Assembly (NCBI GenBank): GCA_035501935.1
Contig: DATJVC010000034.1
Coordinates: 4,621-68,620, forward strand
From: Gammaproteobacteria bacterium
GTDB lineage: Bacteria; Pseudomonadota; Gammaproteobacteria; JAJPIJ01
Direction of reading: 5' to 3'
DNA: 64,000 nucleotides
Part shown: positions 30,652-40,874 of the stretch, in pieces
Layout of the letters: every line of letters begins with the position of its first letter
Position numbering within the stretch: position 1 is the first letter of the stretch
Program-made: the position numbers and the translations under genes
The notes under the pieces: generated by a model
What the model was told of the DNA's origin: nothing
Database searches by the model: none
What the model saw: the letters and a program-made list of their open reading frames with translations, nothing else

Positions 30652-31683
30652 ATGTCGCCACGCCTTGCGATCACACCCGGTGAGCCGGCAGGGATCGGCC
30701 CTGATCTCGTCATCTGCCTGGCGCAGCGCGCGACTCTGCCGGCTGAGATGGTGATCCTGGCTGATCCGGATTTGCTCCTGGCCCGCGCACGCCAGCTGCA
30801 GCTACCGCTTCGTATAGTGGAATTTGATGCCGCGCGGCCGCATCTTGCCCACCTGCCGGGACAAATCGTGGTGCTCCCCACGCGCTGCCACGTCCCCGTG
30901 CATTCCGGCCGCCCGGATGCAGCCAATGCCGCGTACGTGCTGGCCGCGCTGGACCGCGCCTGTGACGGCTGCCGCGACGGCACTTTCGATGCCATGATCA
31001 CCGGCCCCGTGCACAAGGCCATCATCAACAACGCCGGTTTTGCCTTCAGCGGCCATACCGAGTATCTGGCCGCCCGCTGCGGTGGCCCGCGGCCGGTGAT
31101 GATGCTGGCCACTCCCGGACTGCGCGTGGCACTCGCCACCACCCATTTGCCGCTCAATCAAGTGAGTGCCCACATCAACCGCGCCGGTCTCACCGAAGTC
31201 ATTGAGATTCTGTACCGGGATTTACAACGTTGGTTCGGTATCGCCACTCCGCATCTGGGGATATGCGGCCTCAACCCACATGCCGGCGAGGAAGGTCACT
31301 TGGGCAGGGAGGAAATCGAGGTCATCACGCCGGTACTGGAACTGTTGCGTCAACAAGGATGGCGACTGGATGGCCCCCTGCCGGCGGACACGATTTTCGC
31401 CCCCCTCCGGCGCCAGCACTACGACGCCATCCTGGCCATGTACCACGATCAGGGCCTGACCGCGTTGAAGGCGCTGGGGTTCGGTCAGGCCGTCAACATC
31501 ACGCTGGGCCTGCCCATTTTGCGCACTTCCGTGGATCATGGCACCGCGTTCTCACTTGCCGGCAGCGGCCAAGCCGATCCTGGCAGCCTGTCAGCGGCCG
31601 TGGAGATGGCTGCAGCACTTGCGCGCGCGGCGCGCGCACGCAGCCCGGGCGTCGCAACGCATGCCTCTTCCGCGTCCGCGTAA
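30652..31683 (+). CDS. pdxA: 4-hydroxythreonine-4-phosphate dehydrogenase
   Basis: 343 aa. Contains ITPGEPAGIGPDL, GHTEYLA and NPHAGE motifs. Confidence 0.9.
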   Translation: MSPRLAITPGEPAGIGPDLVICLAQRATLPAEMVILADPDLLLARARQLQLPLRIVEFDAARPHLAHLPGQIVVLPTRCHVPVHSGRPDAANAAYVLAALDRACDGCRDGTFDAMITGPVHKAIINNAGFAFSGHTEYLAARCGGPRPVMMLATPGLRVALATTHLPLNQVSAHINRAGLTEVIEILYRDLQRWFGIATPHLGICGLNPHAGEEGHLGREEIEVITPVLELLRQQGWRLDGPLPADTIFAPLRRQHYDAILAMYHDQGLTALKALGFGQAVNITLGLPILRTSVDHGTAFSLAGSGQADPGSLSAAVEMAAALARAARARSPGVATHASSASA

Positions 31684-32461
31684 ACGGTTCGGTCAGCATT
31701 TTTTGAATGACCCCGGTATTATCCGGCGGCTGATCGAGGCCATTCATCCCCTGCCCGGCCAGCATTTGGTGGAAATAGGCCCCGGGCGGGCTGCCCTGAC
31801 GCTTCCACTGCTGCGCGCCGCAGGTCAACTCGATGTCATCGAGATTGATCGTGATCTGATTCCGCTGCTGGAACCCCACGCGCGGAGGGCGCACGGCCTG
31901 CGCATCCACCAGGCGGATGCCTTGAATTTCGATTTAAAATCGTTGGCTGATGGAGACAAGAAACTGCGCGTGGTGGGCAACCTGCCCTATAACATTTCCA
32001 CGCCACTGCTGTTTCATCTCTTTGAACAACTGGACGTCATCCAAGACCTGACCTTAATGCTGCAACGGGAGGTGGCCGAACGCTTGAATGCCGCGCCCGG
32101 CGGCAAGACGTATGGACGGCTGAGCGTAATGGCGCAGTACCACGTGCGCCCGGTGATTTTATTCGACGTCGGACCGGGCGCGTTTTCTCCTCCGCCAAAG
32201 GTGCATTCCAGTGTGGTGCGGCTCGTTCCCCGGACCATGACCGAGCGACCCGCCGTACACGACTGGCCACAGTTCGAACGCCTGGTGGCCGCAGCCTTCT
32301 CGGCCCGCCGCAAAACGCTGCGTAATGCCTTGCGTGCCCACCTGCGGCCTGAAGATTTTTCCAAGCTGGACATTGATCCGGCGCTTCGCCCGGAACGTTT
32401 GACGGCGTGGGACTATGTCAAGCTGGCAAATTTTAGTACCAGCGCGTGCAAGAAAAGTTAG
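31661..32461 (+). CDS. rsmA: 16S rRNA (adenine1518-N6/adenine1519-N6)-dimethyltransferase
   Basis: KRFGQHFLND and VEIGPG motifs follow ATG 31661. The track ORF extends upstream into pdxA. Overlaps the pdxA end by 23 nt. Confidence 0.9.
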   Translation: MPLPRPRKRFGQHFLNDPGIIRRLIEAIHPLPGQHLVEIGPGRAALTLPLLRAAGQLDVIEIDRDLIPLLEPHARRAHGLRIHQADALNFDLKSLADGDKKLRVVGNLPYNISTPLLFHLFEQLDVIQDLTLMLQREVAERLNAAPGGKTYGRLSVMAQYHVRPVILFDVGPGAFSPPPKVHSSVVRLVPRTMTERPAVHDWPQFERLVAAAFSARRKTLRNALRAHLRPEDFSKLDIDPALRPERLTAWDYVKLANFSTSACKKS

Positions 32462-32778
32462 GGAAAAAATTTCATTTTTTTGTGATTTTTTATCGCTAAC
32501 CTGTTGAATCAATTTCAGCTCTGTAATTTACCCACATTTTTTGTGAATAACTCTGTTAATTAACTGCTAATCATCGAATCTATCGCGCATTGGAAATATA
32601 AACGTAACAGAACGGTCATTTTATGACCAAAATATTTAGTCCATATTTTCATGAAGTTGCAAGCGAACTGTTGATACGCCGGCGATCTTTCATAAAAAAA
32701 CAATGATTATTTGCAGATAATCATCGATGTGTATAACAACGAACTTGCACGCTTCGGAATATGATGGCATCCGCATTT

Positions 32779-33636
32779 TCAAGATTGCCTCAATTCCTTG
32801 ATCACTGCGGCGGTATCCGGCCTGATCCCCCGCCACAAATAAAATGACTCCGCTGCCTGCTCCACCAGCATGCCGAGACCGTCCACGGACCGTGCCGCGC
32901 CGTACCGCAACCCCCATTGCATGAATACCGTCGGTTCATCGGCGTACATCATGTCGTAGCAATCGCCGCCACGGTGCAGGACGTCATCCGGCAACGGTGG
33001 AAGTTCACCGGCCAGACTCGCCGCAGTGGCGTTGATGATCAAATTGAAAGCCCGTCCGGCCAGCGCTTCCATCGGCAAGACATCAATCATGCCCCTCTCG
33101 GCCAAGGGTACCCGCCCAGCCAACGCCCGGGCCCTGGAAAAAGTGCGATTGGCAATCGTCAGTTTGGCGGGCCGTTCGGCCAGCAGCGCCGGCAAAATGC
33201 CCTGTGCGGCGCCTCCCGCCCCCAATAGCAATACCTTGCGGCCGGCCACGGCCATCCCGTGATTCATGGTGAGATCGCGCATCAATCCGATGCCATCCGT
33301 GTTATCGCCACAAATTCTTCCATCCCGTTCGAACCAGAGAGTATTGACGGCGCCCGATTGTTCCGCCCTTTCGCTGCGCCTGGCGCACAAGGCATGGGCC
33401 TCCAGTTTGAATGGCAGGGTTACGTTGAGGCCCTTGCCGCCCAAGCGCTGAAATTCAGCCACGGCGGCGACAAAATCGCCCGGCTCGATCGCCTGGGCGA
33501 GGTAAACCAGACTCTGGCCGGTCTGCTTGGCGAACGCCTGGTGGATGCGCGGCGACTTGCTATGAGCCACCGGGTTGCCGACCACCGCGTAGCAATCGAC
33601 ACCCGCAGGCAGCTGCCAGGGTGCGGTCGTCGGCAC
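32779..33636 (-). CDS. aroE: shikimate dehydrogenase
   Basis: Contains YAVVGNPVAHSKSPRIH, LNVTLPFK, NTDGIG and GAGGAA motifs. Starts at GTG 33636, 7 nt after the upstream gene's stop. Confidence 0.9.
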   Translation of the reverse strand: MPTTAPWQLPAGVDCYAVVGNPVAHSKSPRIHQAFAKQTGQSLVYLAQAIEPGDFVAAVAEFQRLGGKGLNVTLPFKLEAHALCARRSERAEQSGAVNTLWFERDGRICGDNTDGIGLMRDLTMNHGMAVAGRKVLLLGAGGAAQGILPALLAERPAKLTIANRTFSRARALAGRVPLAERGMIDVLPMEALAGRAFNLIINATAASLAGELPPLPDDVLHRGGDCYDMMYADEPTVFMQWGLRYGAARSVDGLGMLVEQAAESFYLWRGIRPDTAAVIKELRQS

Positions 33637-33643
33637 GATGGGA

Positions 33644-34702
33644 TTAGCCGGTGGTGGGGCGGCTCTGCAACCCGCCTTTCAAGACATAGGCCCGGAAGCC
33701 GCGCTCGGAGAGCAGGAAGGCGGCCGCCGAACTGCGCCGGCCCGTATCGCAATACACCAGATACTCGCGGTTGGGATCCAGGCTTTCGGCCTTCATCCGC
33801 AACATGAAGAGGGGAATATTGAGGCTGCCCTTGACGTCGGAGTTGGCGTGTTCGCTTTCCAAACGCACATCGAGGAGCACCGCCCCCGCCTTCTGCCGTT
33901 TTTCCGCTTCCGGCCACTCCACCCAGTTCAGCATGGGTTCCTTGAGCAGGGCGTTGAAGTCCTCCTTGGACAGGCGCATCAAGACGCCATCCGTCACCAT
34001 GACCACATTGGCGTTCCGCTTGTTCTCCGAAATCAAGGCCTCCTCGCCGAAGGCATCTCCGGCCTTCAACTGCGCCAGCGTCAATTCGGTGCCGGTTTTG
34101 GAGGGACGGGTGACCTTGGCCTTGCCGGTCTTGATGATGTAATAGTAATCCCCTTCCTCGCCCTGCTTGATCACCGTGTCGCCGGCGCGCAGGGGCACCT
34201 CCTGCATGCGCATGAACATCGCCTGGATGTTGGCCGGTGGCACTTGCAGAAAGGCCTGCGATTGCAGGATACGCGTCATCCAATCGCCCTCCGCCTCGGT
34301 GCCGTCATCCTCCTTCTGAAGCTCGTTGACCTCGATGCCGGAAAGCTGGTCCCAAGTCAGCAGGATATCCAGCAGATCACTGTCGAAGCGGGTCACCTTG
34401 CAGGGTGTTTTGGTGACGGCGGTATGCTGGCGCGGCTGGTGATGCGCCAGTGGATGCTTGGCCAGGTTGCTGCCGCCGATGACCGAACTCGTCTGCCCCC
34501 TGTTGGAGGTCAATACCACCTCGCCCTCGAGCAAATAGGTGGTTTTGCGATCCGTCTCACCGGTCTTGAACAGGGTGCGCCCTGGCGGAAGTTCTTCCAC
34601 CATCGCCTTGCCTGCCAATTCCTGGAAATTTTCGGCGTTCAACGCACTGGGGGGCACCAGCGTTTTGAGCAACGCCCTGTCAACCATTTTCTGTTCGGCC
34701 AT
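33644..34702 (-). CDS. tandem cyclic-nucleotide-binding domain protein with C-terminal rhodanese domain
   Basis: 352 aa from ATG 34702 (MAEQKMVDRALL...). Two cNMP-binding-like beta-barrel regions are present (FKTGETDRKTTYLLEGEV, and GEEGDYYYIIKTGKAKV ... FGEEALI). The rhodanese active-site loop is YCDTGRRS. Confidence 0.75.
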   Translation of the reverse strand: MAEQKMVDRALLKTLVPPSALNAENFQELAGKAMVEELPPGRTLFKTGETDRKTTYLLEGEVVLTSNRGQTSSVIGGSNLAKHPLAHHQPRQHTAVTKTPCKVTRFDSDLLDILLTWDQLSGIEVNELQKEDDGTEAEGDWMTRILQSQAFLQVPPANIQAMFMRMQEVPLRAGDTVIKQGEEGDYYYIIKTGKAKVTRPSKTGTELTLAQLKAGDAFGEEALISENKRNANVVMVTDGVLMRLSKEDFNALLKEPMLNWVEWPEAEKRQKAGAVLLDVRLESEHANSDVKGSLNIPLFMLRMKAESLDPNREYLVYCDTGRRSSAAAFLLSERGFRAYVLKGGLQSRPTTG

Positions 34703-35076
34703 GAGTTTCCTCGACGCGCTATCCGTTTTTTTTGTGGTTTTTCTTCCCAAAACTAACATTTTATGCGTACACCCGCCTTTTGAACAGGTTCCCGCCCATG
34801 GCCTCAAGCCTCCCCACCCGGGCGGCCTTAAACCATCACCCGGAATAGATGTTCTCCAGTGGCCAAATTTCCGTGCCCATGAGAACAGGGCTCCGGCGCA
34901 CAAAAAGCCTCCTCTCTAATTGGAACCCAAGAAAAAATCCGCCTGGCCGGGCGGCTGCAAACGCGCATATCGCGCCCATTGCAACGGCAGGCATAAACCT
35001 TCTGTGAGGCGATTGCCCGTTTCAGCCGCTGCGATCCGATGAAGGGCAAACGGCAGCTGTGGCGTAGAGAATCTGT

Positions 35077-35103
35077 AAAAAAAACGCACCCCAGAGGGTG
35101 CGC
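35077..35103 (-). terminator. rho-independent terminator after the second PII gene
   Basis: The minus strand reads CGCACCC-TCTG-GGGTGCG followed by TTTTTTTT. Confidence 0.7.
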
Positions 35104-35139
35104 AGGGATACTAAACTGCAACAAGGTTCATCAAAACGG

Positions 35140-35535
<396 letters not shown>

Positions 35536-35571
35536 CTATCCAGAGGAACAGAACTTCTTTCCGAGAGTGAA

Positions 35572-35595
35572 GGGCGGGCTGTTGCCAGCCCGCCC
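35572..35595 (-). other. 10-bp GC hairpin between amtB and the downstream PII gene (possible attenuator or processing site)
   Basis: GGGCGGGCTG-ttgc-CAGCCCGCCC, read directly. There is no strong T-tract after it on the minus strand. Confidence 0.3.
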
Positions 35596-35633
35596 AAGCT
35601 CCCCCAACCCCTCAGTCATGATTGGCCCGTAGA

Positions 35634-37166
35634 TTAGTAGCTGTAGGCCTTCTCGCCGTGGTCGGCAAGATCCAGACCCATTTCCTGATCTTCATCGCTG
35701 GAACGGATGCCGATCGTGAGCTTCAGCACCAGCAGAATGACAAAGGCGACGGTACCAGACCAGACCAATGTGATGCAGATGTCCCACAACTGGGAAATAA
35801 TCTGTCCCATGGCATCAAAGTCGGCGACCTTGTTGGCCACATAATCCCACACGCCCGTGCCGCCGAACTTCGGGTTCACGAATGTACCGGTGCCGAGCGA
35901 GCCGATGATACCGCCGATACAGTGAACACCGAAGGTATCCAATGCGTCATCGTAACCGAGCATGGCCTTGACCTTGGTTACGGCGAAGAAGCACACGACG
36001 CCGGCAACAGCGCAGGTAACGAACGCGCCCAGGGGTCCGACAAAGCCGGCGGCCGGCGTGATGGCGACCAGTCCCGCGACGATGCCGGAACAGATGCCGA
36101 GCAGGCTGGGCTTGCCCTTCATCACCCATTCGGTGAGCGCCCAGGCGACACCCGCCACGGCCGTTCCAAACAGCGTGTTGAAGAACGCGAGGCCTGCCGC
36201 GCCGGTGGCTTCAAGCGCTGAACCCGCATTGAAACCAAACCAACCCATCCACAGCATACCGGTGCCGATCGCGGTCATCATCAAACTATGTGGTGGCATT
36301 GCTACTTTGCCATAGCCCTTGCGCTTACCAAGCATGAGCGCCGCGACCAGCGCTGCAATACCAGAGTTGATATGCACCACCGTGCCACCGGCAAAGTCCA
36401 GCGCGCCCTTTTGGAAAATGAAGCCGGCGTGGCTGTTGGCGATGTCCGCGGCTTTGGCATCGGTATAGGCATCCGGGCCGTCCCAATACCACACCATGTG
36501 CGAAACCGGCAGGTAAGCAAACGTAAACCACAGTATGCTGAAGATGATCATGGCGGAGAACTTGAAGCGTTCTGCGAAGCCGCCGCAGATCAGGGCAACG
36601 GTGATGGCCGCAAAGGTCAGCTGGAACATGCAATACACAAAGTCGGGCAGATACTGTCCCTTGCTGAATGTAGCGGCTACCGCCGTAGTCGGGTCATCGC
36701 CTGCCATGAATAATTTATCGAGTGATCCGACGAAAGGCGTACTGCCGGCCGTGAAGGCCATGCTGTAACCATAGATCACCCACAGCACCGCAACCACGCA
36801 AAAGATTGCAAAACTTTGCATCACGGTGGACAGCGCGTTTTTGGTCCGAACCATGCCGGCGTAGAACAAGGCCAGACCTGGGACGGTCATCAGCAATACA
36901 AATGCCGTGGAGGTCATCATCCAGGACACGTCGCCCTTGTTGCAGTCAAAACCCTTGTCGCCGCAATGCGGGGGGCCTGCGGGCGCTGCGGGTGCCGCCG
37001 CTTCTGCAGGCGCTGTCGGCGCTGCTGTTTCCGCGGCTGGCGCCGGAGCAGGGGCAGCTTCCGTGGTGGCCGCCGGCGCGGGTGCCGCCGGGGCTTCATC
37101 GGCCCAAGCCGCACCGCTGACGGCCAGCATCAGACTCAATAAAAATGAAGCAAGTAAGACTCTCAT
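35634..37166 (-). CDS. amtB: ammonium transporter AmtB with an Ala/Pro-rich N-terminal extension
   Basis: 510 aa. A signal peptide is followed by an AP-rich linker (about aa 20-65), then the Amt core (for example FAGGTVVHINSG and GVHCIGGIIG). Flanked by PII genes. Confidence 0.9.
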   Translation of the reverse strand: MRVLLASFLLSLMLAVSGAAWADEAPAAPAPAATTEAAPAPAPAAETAAPTAPAEAAAPAAPAGPPHCGDKGFDCNKGDVSWMMTSTAFVLLMTVPGLALFYAGMVRTKNALSTVMQSFAIFCVVAVLWVIYGYSMAFTAGSTPFVGSLDKLFMAGDDPTTAVAATFSKGQYLPDFVYCMFQLTFAAITVALICGGFAERFKFSAMIIFSILWFTFAYLPVSHMVWYWDGPDAYTDAKAADIANSHAGFIFQKGALDFAGGTVVHINSGIAALVAALMLGKRKGYGKVAMPPHSLMMTAIGTGMLWMGWFGFNAGSALEATGAAGLAFFNTLFGTAVAGVAWALTEWVMKGKPSLLGICSGIVAGLVAITPAAGFVGPLGAFVTCAVAGVVCFFAVTKVKAMLGYDDALDTFGVHCIGGIIGSLGTGTFVNPKFGGTGVWDYVANKVADFDAMGQIISQLWDICITLVWSGTVAFVILLVLKLTIGIRSSDEDQEMGLDLADHGEKAYSY

Positions 37167-37177
37167 GATGGACTCTC

Positions 37178-37528
<351 letters not shown>

Positions 37529-37589
37529 CTAGGGCTAGGTGGGCAACCCGATTCGGGTATTTGCCCTTTTATTAACTGAACACCGCTTT

Positions 37590-37605
37590 AGCATGGTGCG
37601 TGCCA
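37590..37605 (-). promoter_or_regulatory. sigma-54 (-24/-12) promoter for glnK-amtB
   Basis: The minus strand reads TGGCACGCACCATGCT, against the consensus TGGCACG-N4-TTGCW (GG-N10-GC spacing is correct). It is about 75 nt upstream of the glnK ATG. Confidence 0.7.
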
Positions 37606-37699
37606 TATATAAAAACTATTATAGATCAATATGTTATTTGTAAATTTTGTGAACTGGTTTTTACTGTCGCACCAATTTGAAGCATGCACAATACAATAC

Positions 37700-37714
37700 G
37701 CACTCATGTAGTGC
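37700..37714. promoter_or_regulatory. possible NtrC-type enhancer site (GCAC-N7-GTGC palindrome)
   Basis: GCACTCATGTAGTGC lies about 100 nt upstream of the sigma-54 promoter. It fits the core of TGCACC-N5-GGTGCA. Confidence 0.3.
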
Positions 37715-37793
37715 GCGTAGCAAGCTGCATTCTCCGCAAATGCCTTCAATGGTAGGCTGAACGCGCAAACCACACTTCAGCGACCGCGACCCC

Positions 37794-38072
37794 ATGAGCC
37801 GCCCATTATTTGCAGATCGCCTCGACTCCCTCCTGCAAGGCCTGCTGGCCTTCTATCCGAACGCCAGTTCCCCTTTCCGCGAGGAGCTGAAAAAGAATGC
37901 CCGCACCTGGCTCTCCGCCACGTTGACGCGCATGGAATTGGTCACGCGCGAGGAATTCGACGTGCAAACGGCGCTGCTCTCGCGCACGCGCCAGCGTCTG
38001 GAGGAATTGGAGCGGCAGGTCGCCGCCTTGGAGGCCGCAGGCCAGGCACGTCATCCCGACTCCACCGCTTGA
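37794..38072 (+). CDS. ubiK: ubiquinone biosynthesis accessory factor UbiK (YqiC/BMFP family)
   Basis: 92-aa coiled-coil protein: ...VTREEFDVQTALLSRTRQRLEELERQVAALE. Confidence 0.65.
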   Translation: MSRPLFADRLDSLLQGLLAFYPNASSPFREELKKNARTWLSATLTRMELVTREEFDVQTALLSRTRQRLEELERQVAALEAAGQARHPDSTA

Positions 38073-38109
38073 TCCCGACCCGGGACAAGAGGAAGTTGGA
38101 CACCATCTC

Positions 38110-39618
38110 ATGAGTGTTGCCATCATCCACACCCGCGCGCAGGAGGGGATCGCCGCGCCTCCTGTCACCGTGGAGGTCCATCTCTCCAATGGCCTGCCCA
38201 GCCTGTCCATCGTCGGCCTGCCGGAGACGGCGGTGAAGGAAAGCAAGGATCGCGTCCGCAGCGCCATCATGAACAGCCGCTTCGAGTTCCCCACCCGCCG
38301 GATCACCGTCAATCTCGCGCCCGCGGATTTACCCAAGGAGGGTGGGCGTTACGACCTGCCCATTGCGCTCGGAATCCTCGCGGCCTCCGGTCAGATCAGC
38401 CCGCACGCCCTGGGCCAGCATGAATTCATTGGCGAACTGGCGCTGACGGGGAAATTACGACCGGTCTCCGGAACGCTGCCGGTTGCGCTGGCGGCGCGGC
38501 AGACGGGCCGTTCCCTGCTGCTGCCCGTGGGTAATGCCGAGGAAGCCGCGCTGGCCATGGGACTTACGGTGCTGCCTGCGCCGCACCTCCTGGCGGTGTG
38601 TGCTCACTTAAGCGGCAGCGCGCCCCTGGCGCCCCACAAAGCGGACAATGAACCGGCACCAGGGGCCGACGTGCGCGATCTGGCGGAGGTCAAGGGCCAA
38701 CCGCACGCCAAGCGCGCATTAGAGGTCGCCGCCGCCGGCGGCCACAACTTACTCATGCTGGGCCCGCCCGGGACGGGCAAGACCATGCTGGCGGTGCGTC
38801 TGCCCGGCCTGCTGCCGCCGATGACGGAGGAGGAAGCACTCGAAGCCGCCGCCATCGCCTCGGTGAGCCATCTCGGTTTCAGCGTGGAGCAATGGAAACT
38901 ACGGCCCTACCGCAGCCCGCATCACACCGCCTCCGCCGTGGCCCTGGTCGGCGGCGGCAGCGAACCGCGTCCCGGCGAGATCTCGCTGGCGCATCACGGC
39001 GTGCTGTTCCTCGATGAATTCCCGGAATTCGACCGGCGGGTGCTGGAGGTGCTGCGCGAACCCCTGGAAAGCGGAGTCATCACCATCTCGCGCGCCGCGC
39101 GGCAGGCGAGCTTCCCGGCGCGATTTCAGTTGATCGCGGCCATGAACCCATGTCCGTGCGGATATCTTGGCGACGCCAGCGGACGCTGCCACTGCACCCT
39201 GGATCAAATTCACCGCTACCGCGCGCGTGTGTCGGGGCCGCTGCTCGATCGCATTGACTTGCAGGTTGAAGTGCCGAATGTCCCGCAGGATGCGCTCCTG
39301 AATGCCGATCCTAGCGCCGAAACAAGCGCCACGGTGCGCGAGCGCGTATGTCGCGCGCGCGAGCGGCAACTTCACCGCGCCGGCAAGGCCAACGCCTGGC
39401 TTGGCCCCAAGGAGGTGGAGCGCGATTGCACGCTGGCGACGGCCGAGCAAACCCTGCTGCAACGGGCCATCAGCCGCCTGCAACTCTCGGCCCGCGCCGC
39501 CCACCGCGTGTTGAAACTCTCGCGTACCATTGCCGATCTCGCCGGGGATGCTAACATCGGCTCAGCGCATATGGGTGAGGCGCTGGCCTACCGGCAACTG
39601 GGCACGGAAATGACCTGA
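38110..39618 (+). CDS. comM: YifB/ComM family Mg-chelatase-like ATPase
   Basis: 502 aa with an N-terminal Lon-protease-like domain. Contains MLGPPGTGKTML (Walker A) and GVLFLDEFPEF (Walker B). Confidence 0.9.
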   Translation: MSVAIIHTRAQEGIAAPPVTVEVHLSNGLPSLSIVGLPETAVKESKDRVRSAIMNSRFEFPTRRITVNLAPADLPKEGGRYDLPIALGILAASGQISPHALGQHEFIGELALTGKLRPVSGTLPVALAARQTGRSLLLPVGNAEEAALAMGLTVLPAPHLLAVCAHLSGSAPLAPHKADNEPAPGADVRDLAEVKGQPHAKRALEVAAAGGHNLLMLGPPGTGKTMLAVRLPGLLPPMTEEEALEAAAIASVSHLGFSVEQWKLRPYRSPHHTASAVALVGGGSEPRPGEISLAHHGVLFLDEFPEFDRRVLEVLREPLESGVITISRAARQASFPARFQLIAAMNPCPCGYLGDASGRCHCTLDQIHRYRARVSGPLLDRIDLQVEVPNVPQDALLNADPSAETSATVRERVCRARERQLHRAGKANAWLGPKEVERDCTLATAEQTLLQRAISRLQLSARAAHRVLKLSRTIADLAGDANIGSAHMGEALAYRQLGTEMT

Positions 39619-39683
39619 TCGAAAGAACCATGCCCAAACATAAGTCCCTCGTGGTCAAATCATCCACTTCAGGAGGTCATCCC

Positions 39684-40487
39684 ATGCTGAACACCGTATT
39701 TCGCGCCATCGCCGTCATCATCGGTGCCTTGATTATATTCAGCATCGTCAACCCGGTGGTTATCGTCGGCCCCGGCGAGCGCGGCGTGCTGGTGCGCCTG
39801 GGCAAGATCGAGGAGCCGGTATGGGGTGAAGGTCTGCATCTGCGCATTCCGATCCTGGACAAGGCGGTGATCATGGACGTCAGCATCCAGAAGGAACAGA
39901 CCGAGGCCGACGCCTCCTCCAAGGACCTGCAGGACACCCACAGCACCATCGCCGTGAACTACCATATCGATCCCGATCAGGCCCATCACGTCTATCAGTC
40001 GCTACGCAAGGAATACATTCAGCGCGTCATCGATCCCAACGTGCAGGAAGTCGTCAAGGCGGTGACCGCGCGTTACACGGCGGTGGAACTCATCACCCAG
40101 CGCGAGAAGGTGCGGGATGAGATCAAGGACATCCTGCGCGAGCGACTGGCCCAGCGCCATATCATCGTCGATGATTTTTCCATCGTGAATTTCCGTTTCT
40201 CGCCGCAGTTTGCCCAGGCCATCGAGGCCAAGCAGACCGCCGAGCAGCTGGCACTCAAGGCCCAGCGCGACCTCGAGCGCATCAAGATCGAGGCGGAGCA
40301 GAAGATCGCCTCGGCGCAGGCGGAGGCCGAGTCGTTGCGCCTGCAGAAGGAAAACGTCACCGCTGAACTTGTGCAGCTGCGGCAAATCGAAGCACAGATG
40401 AAGGCCATCGACAAATGGGACGGTCACCTGCCGCAGGTCACGGGCGGGGTCACGCCTTTCATCAACATCAACCCGACACGCCCGTAA
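39684..40487 (+). CDS. SPFH/prohibitin (band 7) family membrane protein
   Basis: AGGAGG lies 7 nt before ATG 39684. The protein has an N-terminal TM segment (AVIIGALIIFSIV), a PHB core and a C-terminal coiled coil. Confidence 0.85.
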   Translation: MLNTVFRAIAVIIGALIIFSIVNPVVIVGPGERGVLVRLGKIEEPVWGEGLHLRIPILDKAVIMDVSIQKEQTEADASSKDLQDTHSTIAVNYHIDPDQAHHVYQSLRKEYIQRVIDPNVQEVVKAVTARYTAVELITQREKVRDEIKDILRERLAQRHIIVDDFSIVNFRFSPQFAQAIEAKQTAEQLALKAQRDLERIKIEAEQKIASAQAEAESLRLQKENVTAELVQLRQIEAQMKAIDKWDGHLPQVTGGVTPFININPTRP

Positions 40488-40493
40488 AAGCAC

Positions 40494-40871
40494 ATGCCGC
40501 ATCCACATGACATCCAGGTCTCCGTACAGACCCGTTATATCGATGATCAATCGGCGCCGGAGGAGAATCATTACGTCTTTGCCTATACCATCACCATCCT
40601 CAATGCCGGCTCGGTGCGCTCCAAGCTGCTGACCCGCCATTGGGTCATCACCGACGCCAACGGCCGGGTGCAGGAGGTGCGCGGCGAGGGCGTGGTCGGC
40701 GAGCAACCGCACCTCGCGCCCGGCGAGGCCTTCCGCTACACCAGCGCCGCCGCCATCGAGACCCCCATCGGCAGCATGCAGGGCAGTTATCAGATGGTCG
40801 GTGACGATGGCGTGCGCTTTGACGCACCCATCGCGCCCTTTCGCCTCGCCGTTCCCCAGAGTTTCCATTAG
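40494..40871 (+). CDS. apaG: Co2+/Mg2+ efflux-associated protein ApaG (DUF525)
   Basis: 125 aa. Contains YVFAYTITILN and the RHWVITDANGRVQEVRGEGVVGEQP signature. Confidence 0.9.
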   Translation: MPHPHDIQVSVQTRYIDDQSAPEENHYVFAYTITILNAGSVRSKLLTRHWVITDANGRVQEVRGEGVVGEQPHLAPGEAFRYTSAAAIETPIGSMQGSYQMVGDDGVRFDAPIAPFRLAVPQSFH

Positions 40872-40874
40872 CTG

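Noticed and set aside
34855-34885. Sigma-54-like sequence TGGGCACGGAAATTTGGCC (minus strand) upstream of the cNMP-rhodanese gene.
   Set aside because: The GG to GC spacing is 14 rather than 12, and the -12 element is poor. It does not make a convincing -24/-12 promoter.
34836-34901. 21-codon GTG-initiated ORF (VRRSPVLMGTEIWPLENIYSG) following the GAGGAGG box in the leader of the cNMP-rhodanese gene. It could be a leader peptide.
   Set aside because: It is too short to evaluate, and it has no regulatory codon run and no obvious alternative pairing. I mention it only as part of the leader finding.
37588-37773. 61-aa minus-strand ORF upstream of glnK.
   Set aside because: It lies across the sigma-54 promoter and the AT-rich enhancer region. 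It is Cys/Phe/Tyr-rich and looks non-coding.
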